Origin: an uncultured Pseudomonadota bacterium
Lineage (GTDB): Bacteria; Pseudomonadota; Gammaproteobacteria; Steroidobacterales; Steroidobacteraceae
DNA length: 64,000 nucleotides
Assembly: GCA_902826575.1 (NCBI GenBank)
Contig: CADEFJ010000002.1
Span: 34,771-98,770, forward strand
Direction: 5' to 3'
The stretch's first letter is position 1, and each line of letters opens with the position of its first letter. The translations under genes were made by a program, and so were the position numbers. Under the pieces are notes generated by a model. It saw nothing but the letters and a program-made list of their open reading frames with translations. It did no database searches and was not told where the DNA came from. Of this stretch, positions 11,492-21,910 are shown piece by piece.

Positions 11492-13327
11492 ATGTGTGGA
11501 ATCGTCGGAGCCGTAGCCGAACGCAACATCGTACCGATCCTGCTGGAGGGCCTGCGCCGCCTCGAGTACCGCGGATATGACTCCGCCGGCCTCGCGGTGC
11601 TCGACGCCGACATGCACCTCGCGCGGGTCCGCACGGTGGGCAAGGTCAAGGCCCTCGAGCAGGCGCTCGAGCAGCAGCCGGTCGCCGGCCGGCTCGGCAT
11701 CGCGCACACGCGCTGGGCGACGCATGGCGTTCCGAACGAGCGCAATGCACACCCGCACGTGTCGCGCGACGGACTTGCGATCGTGCACAACGGGATCATC
11801 GAGAACCACGAGGAGCTGCGCACCGACCTGCAACGGCTGGGCTACGAGTTCACCTCGGAAACCGATACCGAGGTCATTGCCCACCGGATACATTTCCACC
11901 TCGCGACGCTCGGCGATCTGTTCAAGGCCGTGCGCGCCACGGTTGCCGAGCTCGAAGGCGCCTTCGCACTGGCAGTGGTGAGCGCCGCGACGCCCGATCG
12001 CGTGATCCTGGCGCGCGAGGGTTGCCCGGTCGTGATCGGCATCGGCGTCGGCGAGAACTTCGTCGCCTCCGACGTCGCGGCGCTGCTGCCGGTGACCCGC
12101 CGGTTCGTGTTCATGGAAGAGGGCGACGTCGCCGAGGTCGGACTGACGAGCGTGCGCATCATCGATCGCGAGGGAAATCTCGTCGAACGACCGGCGCACG
12201 AAAGCGATCTGTCGGCCGATGCCGCCGAAAAGGGCCAGTACCGCCACTTCATGCTCAAGGAAATCCATGAGCAGCCGCGCGCCCTCGCCAATACGCTGCA
12301 GGAGCGCGTCGCCAACGGTCGCCTCCTCGATGCCGCATTCGGGCCGACGGCCAGCGAGATCTTCCGTCGCGCCGAACATGTGCACATCGTCGCCTGCGGC
12401 ACGAGTTTCCATGCCGGTGCGGTCGCACGTTATTTCATCGAGCAGATCTGCAAGCTGCCCTGTTCGGTCGAGATCGCGAGCGAGTATCGCTACCGCAATC
12501 CCGTCGTGCCCAGGAACTCCCTGTTCGTGACGATTTCCCAGTCGGGCGAGACCGCCGATACGCTGGCCGCGCTGCGCCTCGCGAAACAGGCCGGCTACCT
12601 GGCCTCGCTCGCGATCTGCAACCAGCCCGAAAGCTCGCTGGTGCGCGAATCGGACCTGGTGATGCTCACGCGCGCCGGTCCCGAGATCGGCGTCGCCTCG
12701 ACCAAGGCGTTCACCACGCAGCTGATGGCGCTGTCGATGCTGGTCGTCGCGCTGACCAAGTATCACGCCGGCGATGCCGAGCGCGAGCGCGGACTCATCG
12801 CGCGCCTGATCGAGATCCCGGCCCTGATCGAGAAGACGCTGACGCTCGACCCGGTGATCCACCGCCTTGCCGAGCGCTTCGCCGACAAGCACCACGCGTT
12901 GTTCCTCGGCCGCGGCGCCTTGCATCCGATCGCAATGGAAGGGGCGCTCAAGCTGAAGGAAATCTCCTATATCCACGCCGAGGCGTATCCGGCCGGCGAG
13001 CTGAAGCACGGGCCGCTCGCACTGGTCGACGCGGACATGCCGGTGATCACCGTGGCGCCGAACAACGACCTGCTCGAGAAGCTCAAGTCGAACCTGATGG
13101 AAGTGCGGGCCCGGGGCGGGGAGCTCTACGTGTTCGCCGACCCGGAGGCCGGATTCGAGCCCTCGGACGGGGTCACCGTGATCCAGATGCCGAAGCACGT
13201 CAGCTACTTCCAGGCGCCCGCCGTCTATACGATCCCGCTGCAGCTGCTGTCCTACCATGTTGCGGTGCTGAAGGGCACGGACGTCGACCAGCCCCGCAAT
13301 CTCGCGAAAAGCGTCACGGTCGAGTAA
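11492..13327 (+). CDS. glmS: glutamine--fructose-6-phosphate aminotransferase
   Basis: 611 aa. It has MCGIVGAV (N-terminal catalytic Cys), SIS domains, and the C-terminal ...[13 protein letters not shown]. Confidence 0.97.
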   Translation: MCGIVGAVAERNIVPILLEGLRRLEYRGYDSAGLAVLDADMHLARVRTVGKVKALEQALEQQPVAGRLGIAHTRWATHGVPNERNAHPHVSRDGLAIVHNGIIENHEELRTDLQRLGYEFTSETDTEVIAHRIHFHLATLGDLFKAVRATVAELEGAFALAVVSAATPDRVILAREGCPVVIGIGVGENFVASDVAALLPVTRRFVFMEEGDVAEVGLTSVRIIDREGNLVERPAHESDLSADAAEKGQYRHFMLKEIHEQPRALANTLQERVANGRLLDAAFGPTASEIFRRAEHVHIVACGTSFHAGAVARYFIEQICKLPCSVEIASEYRYRNPVVPRNSLFVTISQSGETADTLAALRLAKQAGYLASLAICNQPESSLVRESDLVMLTRAGPEIGVASTKAFTTQLMALSMLVVALTKYHAGDAERERGLIARLIEIPALIEKTLTLDPVIHRLAERFADKHHALFLGRGALHPIAMEGALKLKEISYIHAEAYPAGELKHGPLALVDADMPVITVAPNNDLLEKLKSNLMEVRARGGELYVFADPEAGFEPSDGVTVIQMPKHVSYFQAPAVYTIPLQLLSYHVAVLKGTDVDQPRNLAKSVTVE

Positions 13328-13374
13328 CCTCGGCGTTCCCCCGGGCCTTCGGGCCCCCCAGTTGGAGGAATGCC

Positions 13375-13596
13375 ATGGCGACCGAGGAAAAGCCGGAGGC
13401 CGCGGACGCGACCAAGGCCGCTGCCGAGAATCCATACACGCAGCACTACGTTGTGCAGAAGGGCGACACGCTGTCGAAGATAGCGCGGGAGCACTACGGC
13501 GATCCGATGCTGTACCCGAAGATCTTCGAAGCCAATCGCGACATCCTGTCCGATCCGAACCGGATCAAGCCCGGCCAGCGCCTGCGCATTCCCTGA
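13375..13596 (+). CDS. small LysM domain protein (73 aa)
   Basis: YVVQKGDTLSKIAREHYGDPMLYPKIFEANRDILSDPNRIKPGQRLRIP is a canonical LysM domain. A GGAGGA Shine-Dalgarno lies upstream. Confidence 0.78.
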   Translation: MATEEKPEAADATKAAAENPYTQHYVVQKGDTLSKIAREHYGDPMLYPKIFEANRDILSDPNRIKPGQRLRIP

Positions 13597-13615
13597 GACA
13601 CGCGAGGAGTACATC

Positions 13616-14218
13616 ATGCTGAAGCGAACCACTTGGATTGCCGCGATGGCGGTACTCGTGCTGGCCGTCGCCTGCACGAACCAGAAGGGACCCGCGACGA
13701 AGGCGGTCGCCGATGCCGAGGCGGCGCTGGCTGCATTCCGCGACGACGCCGCGCGCCTGTTGCCCGATGACCTGTCGGGCGTCGACGCGACCGTCGCGAG
13801 CCTGAAGGACAGTCTTGCCAAGAGCGACTTCAAGGCCGTGATGGCAGCCGCGCCCGATCTGTCGAACCGCATCGCCGCGCTGCGCGACGCCACCGCCGCG
13901 AAAAAGGCGGAATGGGAAGCGGCCAACGCCGCGGCGCGGGAGCAGTGGAATGTCTACGCTGCCGATCTGCCGAAGATGGTCGAAGCCATCCAGAGCCGTG
14001 TCGACATCCTGGGCAAGGCGAGACAGCTGCCACGGAACGTCTCGCAGGAAGCCTTCGACGGCGCGAAGTCGGGACTCGACTGGATGAAGTCGACGTGGGC
14101 GGAGGCCACCGACGCGTTCAATGCGGGCAATGCGGTTGACGCGGCTGCGAAGGCGCAGACCGTCAAGGAAAAGGGCAACGAGGTGCTCGGATTGCTCGGC
14201 CTCGCCCCGGCGTCATGA
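13616..14218 (+). CDS. hypothetical lipoprotein (200 aa)
   Basis: The signal peptide has a lipobox (VLAVAC), and the mature part is Ala-rich and helical. Confidence 0.6.
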   Translation: MLKRTTWIAAMAVLVLAVACTNQKGPATKAVADAEAALAAFRDDAARLLPDDLSGVDATVASLKDSLAKSDFKAVMAAAPDLSNRIAALRDATAAKKAEWEAANAAAREQWNVYAADLPKMVEAIQSRVDILGKARQLPRNVSQEAFDGAKSGLDWMKSTWAEATDAFNAGNAVDAAAKAQTVKEKGNEVLGLLGLAPAS

Positions 14219-14535
14219 ACCCGCCCGAGGGTGATGCCGCCAATGATGGCGCAGCCGGCGAGGACCTGCGCGACCTGATCGCACAGGCTGAGGACATGCT
14301 GCATTCGCTGCGCGGGCAGACGGGGGAAGCCGCGGAGCGACTGCGTGAGCGTGTCGAGGCTACGGTGAAGAGTGCGCGCACACGCCTCTCGTCGCTCGAG
14401 GGCGATGCGCGCCAGCTCACCGAGGAGGCGGCCGCCACCGCCGACGAGTACGTGCGGGAGAATCCGTGGGCGTCGGTGGCGATTGCCGCCGCCGCCGGCG
14501 TGATCATCGGTGCACTGCTGTCGCGTCGCCGCTGA
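14215..14535 (+). CDS. DUF883 / ElaB-YqjD family membrane-anchored protein
   Basis: ATGA overlap with the upstream gene. The C-terminus YVRENPWASVAIAAAAGVIIGALLSRRR is the family hallmark. Confidence 0.78.
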   Translation: MNPPEGDAANDGAAGEDLRDLIAQAEDMLHSLRGQTGEAAERLRERVEATVKSARTRLSSLEGDARQLTEEAAATADEYVRENPWASVAIAAAAGVIIGALLSRRR

Positions 14536-14538
14536 GTC

Positions 14539-14934
14539 GTGACATCGCCGACCCAACGGGTGCTGGAGGAGGCGCTCAGCCTCGGCGCGCAGGGCCTGCG
14601 CATCGCGCAGACCCGGCTCGAGATGCTGAGCGTCGACCTGCAGCGCGAGAAGGCCGCGGTCGCGCGCCAGCTGGCTTTCGCGGTGGCGTGCGGAACGAGC
14701 GCGGCGCTGGCCGCGTTCGCCTGCATCCTGTGGGCGGCGCTGTCGTTCGAACCGCGCACCCGCTTCATCGTGCTCGGCGTGCTGACCGGTGTGTTCGTGC
14801 TGGTCGCCGTTGCCTGCGGCCTGCTCTTCTGGCGCGGCCTGCAGCGGCGCGGGCGCCTGTTCGGGCAATTGATCGAGGCACTGAAACGTGACAGCGACGT
14901 CCTCGAACCTCGAAGAACGCGCGAGACTCCTTGA
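14539..14934 (+). CDS. YqjE-like (DUF1469) membrane protein
   Basis: GTG start 3 nt after the previous stop. It has two predicted TM helices and sits after a YqjD-like gene. Confidence 0.6.
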   Translation: MTSPTQRVLEEALSLGAQGLRIAQTRLEMLSVDLQREKAAVARQLAFAVACGTSAALAAFACILWAALSFEPRTRFIVLGVLTGVFVLVAVACGLLFWRGLQRRGRLFGQLIEALKRDSDVLEPRRTRETP

Positions 14935-15148
14935 GCTCGAAGCGGAGCTGCAGCGCAAGACGCTGCGCGCCTCCTTCGACACGCTCCACGGCGCGAAGGG
15001 CATCACCTGGGCTCTCGCCGGGGCGTCACTCGCGAGCAGGCTGGCCATCGTGCACAAGGCCAAGGTCGCCGGCTATGCGCTGATTGCGGCCCGGCTGCTG
15101 TTCAGGGCGCGGCGCGTGCTTCGAGATCGTAAGCGCCTGCCCCGGTGA
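14888..15148 (+). CDS. YqjK-like small protein (start uncertain)
   Basis: It completes a yqjD-E-K-like trio. It has a coiled N-terminus ([19 protein letters not shown]) and one hydrophobic helix. The GTG start overlaps the previous gene by 47 nt. Confidence 0.45.
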   Translation: MTATSSNLEERARLLELEAELQRKTLRASFDTLHGAKGITWALAGASLASRLAIVHKAKVAGYALIAARLLFRARRVLRDRKRLPR

Positions 15149-16427
15149 TTTCGACGTCGGCAAACTCCCCGACCTCGAGTTTGCCGCCCTGCCTGATCCG
15201 CACCACCCCGTCGATTTCCGGCGCATCTCCCGGCCCGCGCGCGACCGCGATCGCGCCGTCGATCCGATCGACGAGCACCCGCATGCGCGTGCCGATGCGC
15301 CGCGCGAGCCTTGCTGCGCTGATCGCCTGAGCGCGCTCCATGAAGCGCCCCTGGCGCTCGTTCTTGACCTCTTCCGGCACCTGGCCGGGCAGTGCGTTGG
15401 CGGTGGCGCCTTCGACCGGCGAGTAGGTGAAGCAACCGACACGGTCGAGTTGCGCTTCATCGAGCCACGCCAGCAATTCCTCGAACTCCGCCTCGGTCTC
15501 GCCGGGGAAGCCCGCGATGAAAGTGCTGCGGATCACGAGTTCCGGGCAGGCCTCGCGCCACGCGCGAATGCGCGCGAGCGTGTCCTCGGCGTGCGCGGGA
15601 CGCTTCATGCGCTTCAGCACCGACGGGCTGCCATGCTGGAACGGCACGTCGAGGTACGGCAGGACTTTCCCTTGCGCCATCAACGGGATCACCGCGTCGA
15701 CATGTGGATAGGGGTAGACGTAGTGCAATCGTACCCAGGCGCCCAGCTCGCCCAGGCCGCGCGCCAGATCGAGGAAGCGCGTCTCGTACTTCGAGCCGCG
15801 CCATTCCCGGGGCGAGTATTTGAGATCGGCACCGTATGCGCTGGTGTCCTGCGATATGACCAGCAGTTCCTTCACCCCTGCGCGCACGAGCTTCTCGCCC
15901 TCGCGCAGCACTTCATCGATCGGGCGGCTCGCGAGCCGCCCGCGCATCGACGGGATGATGCAGAAGCTGCACTTGTGGTTGCAGCCCTCGGATATCTTCA
16001 CGTAGGCGTAGTGGCGCGGCGTCAGCTTGATGCCCTGCGGCGGCACCAGGTCGAGGAACGGATCGTGCTGCGGCGGCAGGTGCGCGTGCACCGCGCCGAT
16101 CACGTCCTCGTAGGCGTGCGCGCCGGTAACCGCGAGCACGCGCGGATGACGCTCGAGGATGCGCTCCGGCCGGGCACCAAGGCAGCCGGTGACGATCACG
16201 CGCCCGTTGTGCTCGATGGCCTCGCCGATGGCATCGAGCGACTCATCGATCGCGGCATCGATGAAGCCGCAGGTGTTGACGACCACCACGTCGGCGTCGT
16301 CATAGCTCGGCGCGACCGCGTAACCTTCCGCACGCAGGTGGGTCAGGATGCGCTCGGAATCGACCAGGGCCTTCGGGCAGCCGAGGCTGACGAAGCCCAC
16401 ACGGGGAGTTCGGGTGGCAGGGGGCAT
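15102..16427 (-). CDS. rimO: ribosomal protein S12 methylthiotransferase
   Basis: [28 protein letters not shown] and the radical-SAM motif CNHKCSFC, with a C-terminal TRAM domain. I trimmed the start to the ATG at 16427. Confidence 0.92.
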   Translation of the reverse strand: MPPATRTPRVGFVSLGCPKALVDSERILTHLRAEGYAVAPSYDDADVVVVNTCGFIDAAIDESLDAIGEAIEHNGRVIVTGCLGARPERILERHPRVLAVTGAHAYEDVIGAVHAHLPPQHDPFLDLVPPQGIKLTPRHYAYVKISEGCNHKCSFCIIPSMRGRLASRPIDEVLREGEKLVRAGVKELLVISQDTSAYGADLKYSPREWRGSKYETRFLDLARGLGELGAWVRLHYVYPYPHVDAVIPLMAQGKVLPYLDVPFQHGSPSVLKRMKRPAHAEDTLARIRAWREACPELVIRSTFIAGFPGETEAEFEELLAWLDEAQLDRVGCFTYSPVEGATANALPGQVPEEVKNERQGRFMERAQAISAARLARRIGTRMRVLVDRIDGAIAVARGPGDAPEIDGVVRIRQGGKLEVGEFADVEITGAGAYDLEARAAP

Positions 16428-16584
16428 GGTGCGGATGATACGCGTGCCGGCGGGAGGCTTGTCGGCCTGTCCCGGCGCCACCTGCCGGACGCCGCCGCAC
16501 GCAGGCGCCCGGATCTGTCCGCCCGTTGAACCACTCCGCGTGCCGTGTATTGCCGCCGCGCGGGGCTGCGGGACACTCCTCGCC

Positions 16585-17760
16585 ATGAAGGACCTGCACA
16601 TCGCCGTGGTCGGCGCCGGCATTGGCGGCCTGGCGGCGGCACTGGCGCTGCAGCGGGCCGGTATGCGGGTGACCGTGCTCGAGCAGGCGCCGCAGCTTGG
16701 CGAGGTGGGGGCCGGGCTGTCCTTGAGTCCCACGGCGGCCCACGCGCTGCGCTGGCTGGGCCTCGGGCCGGCGCTCGACAGCCACGCCTACCTGCCCGAG
16801 GACCAGGCCGTACGCCACTACCGCGACGGCCACGCGCTGCAGTGGACCAATCGGGGCCGCGCGTTGCTCGAGAAGTATGGCGAAAGGTACTACCTGATCC
16901 ATCGCGCCGACCTGCACGACGCGCTTGCCGCGGCGGTGCGCGGCAATGACCCGGGCGCGATCCGGCTCGGACGGCGATGCGCTGGCCTCGAACAGGCCGC
17001 GGACTCGGCCACGGTGGGCTTCGCGGATGGCGGTGAGGTCACGGCGGATGTCGTGGTCGGCGCCGACGGCTCGCGCTCGATCCTGCGCCAGCTGCTGTTC
17101 GGCGACAGCGGGCCGGCATACACCGGCTACATCGCCTGGCGCGGGCTGGTGCCGATGGAGCGCGTGCCGCAAAGCGTGCTCGACCCGCCATCGGGCATCT
17201 ATATCGGGCCGGGACACCTCGTGAACCGCTACCCGGTGCGCCGCTGGCAGCTGTTGAACTTCGTCGCCTTTGCCGAGCGCGCCGAGTGGGCCGAGGAGGG
17301 CTGGTCGATACCCTCGACGGTGGATGAACTGATGAGCGAGTTCGAGGACTGGCATCCCGACGTGCGCGCCTTTCTTGCCGCGGTGCCGCCCGAGTTGCTG
17401 TTCAAGTGGGGCCTGTTCGATCGCGAGCCGCTCACTACCTGGCACAGCGGTCGCACGACGCTGCTCGGCGATGCGGCCCATCCGGTGCTGCCCTTCCTCG
17501 GCCATGGCGCGGTGCTGGCGATCGAGGATGCGGTGCTGCTCGCGCGTGCATTCGCCGAGGCGGGCGAAGTCGGCGAGGCGCTGCAGCGATACGAGGCGGC
17601 GCGCATTCCGCGCGCGGCATTCGTGGTGCGCGAATCACGCCAGGCCGTAAAGGTCTTTCATTCGCACGAACCGGAAAAATACACGCAGAAAACCGGCGGG
17701 CGTGCGGCCGACGAACGGCTCGGGCTGTTCGACTACGATCCGTCGACGACTTCGGTCTGA
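16585..17760 (+). CDS. FAD-dependent aromatic-ring monooxygenase (salicylate hydroxylase-like)
   Basis: It has the Rossmann motif [22 protein letters not shown] and a late [22 protein letters not shown] motif. I trimmed the start to the ATG at 16585. Confidence 0.85.
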   Translation: MKDLHIAVVGAGIGGLAAALALQRAGMRVTVLEQAPQLGEVGAGLSLSPTAAHALRWLGLGPALDSHAYLPEDQAVRHYRDGHALQWTNRGRALLEKYGERYYLIHRADLHDALAAAVRGNDPGAIRLGRRCAGLEQAADSATVGFADGGEVTADVVVGADGSRSILRQLLFGDSGPAYTGYIAWRGLVPMERVPQSVLDPPSGIYIGPGHLVNRYPVRRWQLLNFVAFAERAEWAEEGWSIPSTVDELMSEFEDWHPDVRAFLAAVPPELLFKWGLFDREPLTTWHSGRTTLLGDAAHPVLPFLGHGAVLAIEDAVLLARAFAEAGEVGEALQRYEAARIPRAAFVVRESRQAVKVFHSHEPEKYTQKTGGRAADERLGLFDYDPSTTSV

Positions 17761-17870
17761 GGCGCGGTCGGCGCGTCCTTGCAGGAGCGCAACCCGAAGA
17801 AGACGATCAGCGAGAAGATCGGCACCAGGAACCATAGCCACGGCACGCCGCGACGTTCGGTGGAAATCAT
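17733..17870 (-). CDS. candidate small membrane protein (45 aa), not in the ORF track
   Basis: [45 protein letters not shown]. The ATG lies 4 nt after the PEBP stop, there is one TM helix after a basic stretch, and nearly all third codon positions are G/C, as in real genes here. Confidence 0.35.
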   Translation of the reverse strand: MISTERRGVPWLWFLVPIFSLIVFFGLRSCKDAPTAPQTEVVDGS

Positions 17871-17874
17871 CGGG

Positions 17875-18441
17875 TCAGCGTCCGTAGGTGGCCTGGACTT
17901 CGGCAACGCCCAGCGAATTCGCGTTCACGATGAAACCGATCAGTGCGGCGGTCGCGTCGGCCGGGACATCGAGCTTCGCGACCTTGAGCGCGAACAGGCG
18001 GAAGTTGTAGCGGTGCGGCGGATCGCCGGCCGGCGGGCAGGCTCCGCCGTAGCCCAGCAGGCCGAAGTCGGTGCGCCCGTGCGCAGCCCCCGCGGGCAAC
18101 CGGCTTCCATCACTCGCACCGGCGCCCGCGGGCAGGCTGCGCACGTCGGCCGGGATGTCGTGGATGATCCAGTGCCACCAGCCGCTGCCGGTGGGGGCGT
18201 CGGGATCGTGCACCATCAGGGCGAAGCTCCTGGTGCCTTGCGGAACGCCCGTCCAGGCGAGGGCCGGCGAGACATTGCCGCCAGTACAGCCGAAGCCGTT
18301 GAATACCTGCTCTTCGGCCAGGGTGCCGCCGGGCGCAAAGTTGCCCGACGTCAGCGTGAACGCAGCCGGCTCGGTCGCCGCGGCCGCGGCGGCGAGCAGG
18401 GAGGCGCCAAGCAGCAGCGGCACTCGGAGGGCACGAATCAT
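17875..18441 (-). CDS. YbhB/YbcL (PEBP / Raf-kinase-inhibitor-like) family exported protein
   Basis: GGACPPAGDPPHRYNFRLFALK is the PEBP hallmark. With the start at 18441 it has the signal peptide MIRALRVPLLLGASLLAAAAAA. Confidence 0.8.
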   Translation of the reverse strand: MIRALRVPLLLGASLLAAAAAATEPAAFTLTSGNFAPGGTLAEEQVFNGFGCTGGNVSPALAWTGVPQGTRSFALMVHDPDAPTGSGWWHWIIHDIPADVRSLPAGAGASDGSRLPAGAAHGRTDFGLLGYGGACPPAGDPPHRYNFRLFALKVAKLDVPADATAALIGFIVNANSLGVAEVQATYGR

Positions 18442-18484
18442 GGCGGCGAGTTTGCCAGCGTCGCCCGGTATAGTCACGGGCTCC

Positions 18485-19084
18485 ATGACCGGCCGCTTCG
18501 ACCGCGCTTACTACGAGCGTTACTACACCGATCCGCGCAGCAGCGTGACCACGCGCGCCGAGATGAGCGCGCGCGGCCGGCTGATCGGCGCGTTCGCGCT
18601 GTACGCCGGCCTGCCGGTGCGGCGCATCCTCGACGCCGGCTGCGGCGTGGGCCTGTTGCAGGCGCCGCTCAGGCGGGTTCTGCCGAAGGCGAGTTACACC
18701 GGCATCGAGGTCAGCGACTACCTGTGCCGCAAATACGGCTGGGTGCAGGCCTCGCTCGAGGACTATCGCAGCGACCGGGCGTACGACCTCGTCGTCTGCT
18801 ACGACGTCCTGCAATACCTCGATGATCGCGCTGCCGCGCGCGCGCTCGCGAACCTGCCCCGCCTGTGCCACGGCCTGTTGTACTTCAGCGCGTTGACGCG
18901 GGCGGACTGGCAGGAGAACTGCGACCAGACGCGCACCGACCGGGACGTGCACCTGCGCCGCGGCTCGTGGTACCGCAGGCATCTCGACCGGCGGTTTCGC
19001 GAAATCGGCGCCGGATTCTGGCTCCGCAAGGACCTTCACTGGCCGCTGTGGGAACTCGAGGTTGCGCGCGGCAGGTCCCGGTAG
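18485..19084 (+). CDS. class I SAM-dependent methyltransferase
   Basis: It has motif I (RILDAGCGVGLL) and a later DLVVCYDVLQYL. I trimmed the start to the ATG at 18485. Confidence 0.75.
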   Translation: MTGRFDRAYYERYYTDPRSSVTTRAEMSARGRLIGAFALYAGLPVRRILDAGCGVGLLQAPLRRVLPKASYTGIEVSDYLCRKYGWVQASLEDYRSDRAYDLVVCYDVLQYLDDRAAARALANLPRLCHGLLYFSALTRADWQENCDQTRTDRDVHLRRGSWYRRHLDRRFREIGAGFWLRKDLHWPLWELEVARGRSR

Positions 19085-19098
19085 GCACTCTCGGGCTG

Positions 19099-20454
19099 AT
19101 GCACACCATTGCCATCGTCGGAGGAGGGTTCAGCGGTGCGTCGCTCGCGACGGCGCTGCTGCGCAATCCGCCGGCGCAACCGACCCGCATCGTGCTGATC
19201 GAGCGCCGGGCCGAGATCGGCCGCGGCGTCGCCTATTCGACCCGCGCGTTTCCGTATGTGCTCAACGTGCCAGCCTCGGGCATGTCGGCCGATCCTGCGC
19301 GGCCGCTGGAGTTCGTCGAGTTTGCGCGCACGCGCCGCCCCGACGTGGCGCCCGGCGATTTCCTGCCGCGCGCTCTCTACGGCGATTACCTGATCGAGCG
19401 CCTCGCAGCCGCCGAGCGCGAAGCTACCGACCACGTCGAACTGCAGCGCGTGCACGCCGAAGTGACCTCGGTCAAGCGTGCCGACGACGGCGGCTGGCGC
19501 CTCGGCATGAGCACGGGCCCGAACCTGGCAGCCGACATCGTCGTGCTGGCGATCGGCAATCCGCGCCCGGCATCGATCGCTGTCGGTCGGGGCCTCGATC
19601 GCGCGAGCGATCTCTGGGACGAGGCTGGCGTGGTGCGCGGCCGGCATCCGGTGCTGATCATCGGCACCGCGCTAACGATGGCCGACATGGTCACGCGCCT
19701 CGAAGCGCACAGTACGCGCGAGGCGCCGATCCACGCGATTTCGCGTCACGGCTTCCTGCCCCATCCGCACAGCGCGGCACACGGCGCGCCTTACGCGGGC
19801 GATGCCGGGGCATTGCTGCGTGCCGCGTCCACTGCGCGCGCGCTGCTGCGGTTCGTGCGCTCGATGACCCGCGACGCAGTCGAGCGCGGCCAGGACTGGC
19901 ACGACGTCATCGCGTTCATGCGCCCGCACGTGCCGAGCCTGTGGCGCGCGCTGCCGCGCAGCGAACGCAAGCGCTTCCTGCGACACGTGCGGCCCTACTG
20001 GGACCTGCACCGCCATCGGCTCGCCCCCGAAATCGAGCGCGCCGTCACCGGGTTGCGCGAATCGGGCCTGTTGCACGTGCGCGCCGCGCGCATCAAGTCG
20101 CTCGAGTCCTGGGGTGACCAGATCCGCGCCACCCTCGTGCCGCGCGGCGGCGGCGCGGAACGGAAACTGGTCGTCGACTACGTGATCAATTGCACCGGCC
20201 CCGATTATCGGCTGCGCAATTCGCGCGATATCCTCGTCGGGCAGCTGCTGCGCGAGCGGCTGGTCACGCCCGATCCGCTCGATCTCGGACTGATGACGGG
20301 GCCCTCGGGCGAGGTGCTGGATGCGGCCGGCAAGGCGATCCCGGCCCTGTACTACGTCGGTCCGATGCTGCGGGCTGACTGGTGGGAAGCGACCGCCGTG
20401 CCGGAGCTGCGCGTGCACCTGCAGCGACTGGCCGGCACGCTGGCTGCGGCGTGA
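19099..20454 (+). CDS. FAD/NAD(P)-binding protein (uncharacterised family)
   Basis: It starts with the Rossmann motif MHTIAIVGGGFSGASLATALL and has a second dinucleotide-like motif, PVLIIGTALTMAD. I trimmed the start to the ATG at 19099. Confidence 0.7.
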   Translation: MHTIAIVGGGFSGASLATALLRNPPAQPTRIVLIERRAEIGRGVAYSTRAFPYVLNVPASGMSADPARPLEFVEFARTRRPDVAPGDFLPRALYGDYLIERLAAAEREATDHVELQRVHAEVTSVKRADDGGWRLGMSTGPNLAADIVVLAIGNPRPASIAVGRGLDRASDLWDEAGVVRGRHPVLIIGTALTMADMVTRLEAHSTREAPIHAISRHGFLPHPHSAAHGAPYAGDAGALLRAASTARALLRFVRSMTRDAVERGQDWHDVIAFMRPHVPSLWRALPRSERKRFLRHVRPYWDLHRHRLAPEIERAVTGLRESGLLHVRAARIKSLESWGDQIRATLVPRGGGAERKLVVDYVINCTGPDYRLRNSRDILVGQLLRERLVTPDPLDLGLMTGPSGEVLDAAGKAIPALYYVGPMLRADWWEATAVPELRVHLQRLAGTLAAA

Positions 20455-21056
20455 TGTCCGGCTGGAAGGCGTGGCTGCTGCCCATCGCCGCGGTCATTGC
20501 TGGAGTGCAGTGGGCGTCGAGCCGGCCGCTCGAGCGGCGTCCCGGCGTCATCGCACCGGATGAACCGCTGCAGGTCGAACTCGAAGCTGGTGCCGCCATC
20601 GATGCCGGCCATGATTATCGACTGACGCCCCGTGCACAGTTCAGCGCCACGGTGCGCGTGCTGGCGCGCGAGCGCTATTTCATCGACGCCCTCGCGCCGG
20701 TCGCACCGGTCGACCTGGCGGTCGGCTGGGGCCGGATGTCGGACAGCGCCGTGATCGACGCGCTCGAAATCTCGCAGTCCGCCCGCTTCTATCACTGGCG
20801 CGCCGACGCCTTGCCGATCCCGCGCAAGGAGGTCGAAACACATTCGGCGAACTGGCACATGGTGCCGGCGAACACCGGCATAGCCCGCAAGCTGCGACGC
20901 CTGCGCGCCGGCGAAGTGGTGCGGCTCGGCGGCCGCCTCGTCGACGTGGCGGGTCCGGACGGCGGCGGTGCGCGCACTTCGCTGCGCCGCGATGATACCG
21001 GTGCCGGCGCCTGCGAAATCATCCTGGTCGACTCGCTGGAGACGCTTGCGGGCTGA
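20454..21056 (+). CDS. hypothetical N-terminally membrane-anchored protein (200 aa)
   Basis: TGATG overlap with the upstream gene. It has one N-terminal TM helix (WKAWLLPIAAVIAGV). I recognised no family. Confidence 0.55.
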   Translation: MSGWKAWLLPIAAVIAGVQWASSRPLERRPGVIAPDEPLQVELEAGAAIDAGHDYRLTPRAQFSATVRVLARERYFIDALAPVAPVDLAVGWGRMSDSAVIDALEISQSARFYHWRADALPIPRKEVETHSANWHMVPANTGIARKLRRLRAGEVVRLGGRLVDVAGPDGGGARTSLRRDDTGAGACEIILVDSLETLAG

Positions 21057-21078
21057 GCCTTTGGGTTATCCTGAGCGG

Positions 21079-21465
21079 ATGATCGCCAGTCTCTCGGGCG
21101 TGCGTGCGCTACGGCCCGCCACCGGCCCGCTCAACCTGATCCTGCTCGGCCAGGAAGTGGGCACCGTCGCCAACGCCACCGAGGTTGCCTTTGCCGGTGC
21201 CGCCGGCGAGGTCCCCGACGATCTCGAGTATGCGGAGCTCGATGTCACCGACGCTTCCCGCGTCTGGAGCGTGCGCACTGCGCGCGGCGAATTCGTCGTG
21301 CGTGCGAGGAGCCTGCACCTGCATCGCGACGTGTCCGTGGCGGTGCGCGCGTTGCTGCCGCGCCAGTCGGCGCCGCTGGCGCGGCGTCTTGCGTGGCGCT
21401 GGCTGCCGGCGCTCGCCTCGTCGGCCGTCGGCCGACGCCTGCTGATCGCGGCACGGCGCCGCTGA
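21079..21465 (+). CDS. hypothetical protein (128 aa)
   Basis: It sits in the coupled gene chain, with its stop 1 nt before the next ATG. I recognised no motif. Confidence 0.45.
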   Translation: MIASLSGVRALRPATGPLNLILLGQEVGTVANATEVAFAGAAGEVPDDLEYAELDVTDASRVWSVRTARGEFVVRARSLHLHRDVSVAVRALLPRQSAPLARRLAWRWLPALASSAVGRRLLIAARRR

Positions 21466-21466
21466 C

Positions 21467-21910
21467 ATGCAGGCCGGCATGTCGCTGCTCGCGTTCACCG
21501 CGGGCGTGTTCATCACGATCCAGGTGGGCCTGAACGCCGCGCTGCGCACCGCGTTCGGCTCGGCCGGCCTTGCCGCGCTCGCCAATTTCCTGGTCGGCAT
21601 CGTCGCGCTACTGGCCGTGGTGCTTGCCATGCGCACACCGCTGCCATCGCGCGAGGCGTTCGCCGGCGCGCCGTGGTGGGCCTGGCTCGGCGGGGCGCTC
21701 GGCGCCTTCTATGTCGCGACCGTCACGATCGCCGGGCCGCGCCTCGGCGCGACCGTGCTCATCGCCGTGACCGTGCTCGGCCAGCTCGTCGCGGCGCTGG
21801 TCCTCGACCAGAACGGCTGGCTCGGCTTTCCGCAGCAGTCGATCACGCTCGCGCGCGTCACGGGCTGTGCGCTGCTGCTCGCGGGCGTGTACCTGGTGAC
21901 ACGCGCATGA
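21467..21910 (+). CDS. DMT-superfamily small membrane protein (YdcZ/DUF606-like)
   Basis: 147 aa with 4-5 TM helices. The pattern ([17 protein letters not shown]...[16 protein letters not shown]) recalls YdcZ. Confidence 0.68.
   Translation: MQAGMSLLAFTAGVFITIQVGLNAALRTAFGSAGLAALANFLVGIVALLAVVLAMRTPLPSREAFAGAPWWAWLGGALGAFYVATVTIAGPRLGATVLIAVTVLGQLVAALVLDQNGWLGFPQQSITLARVTGCALLLAGVYLVTRA

Noticed and set aside
13328-13374. Short GGGCC-ttcg-GGCCC hairpin after glmS as a terminator
   Set aside because: The stem is only 5 bp with no U-tract, and it lies immediately before the LysM gene Shine-Dalgarno. This is too weak to annotate.
18442-21078. Zur box upstream of the COG0523-containing gene chain
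   Set aside because: I looked for an AT-rich GTTAT...ATAAC-type palindrome in the candidate promoter spacers (18442-18484, 21057-21078) and found nothing convincing. Zinc regulation therefore remains an untested inference.
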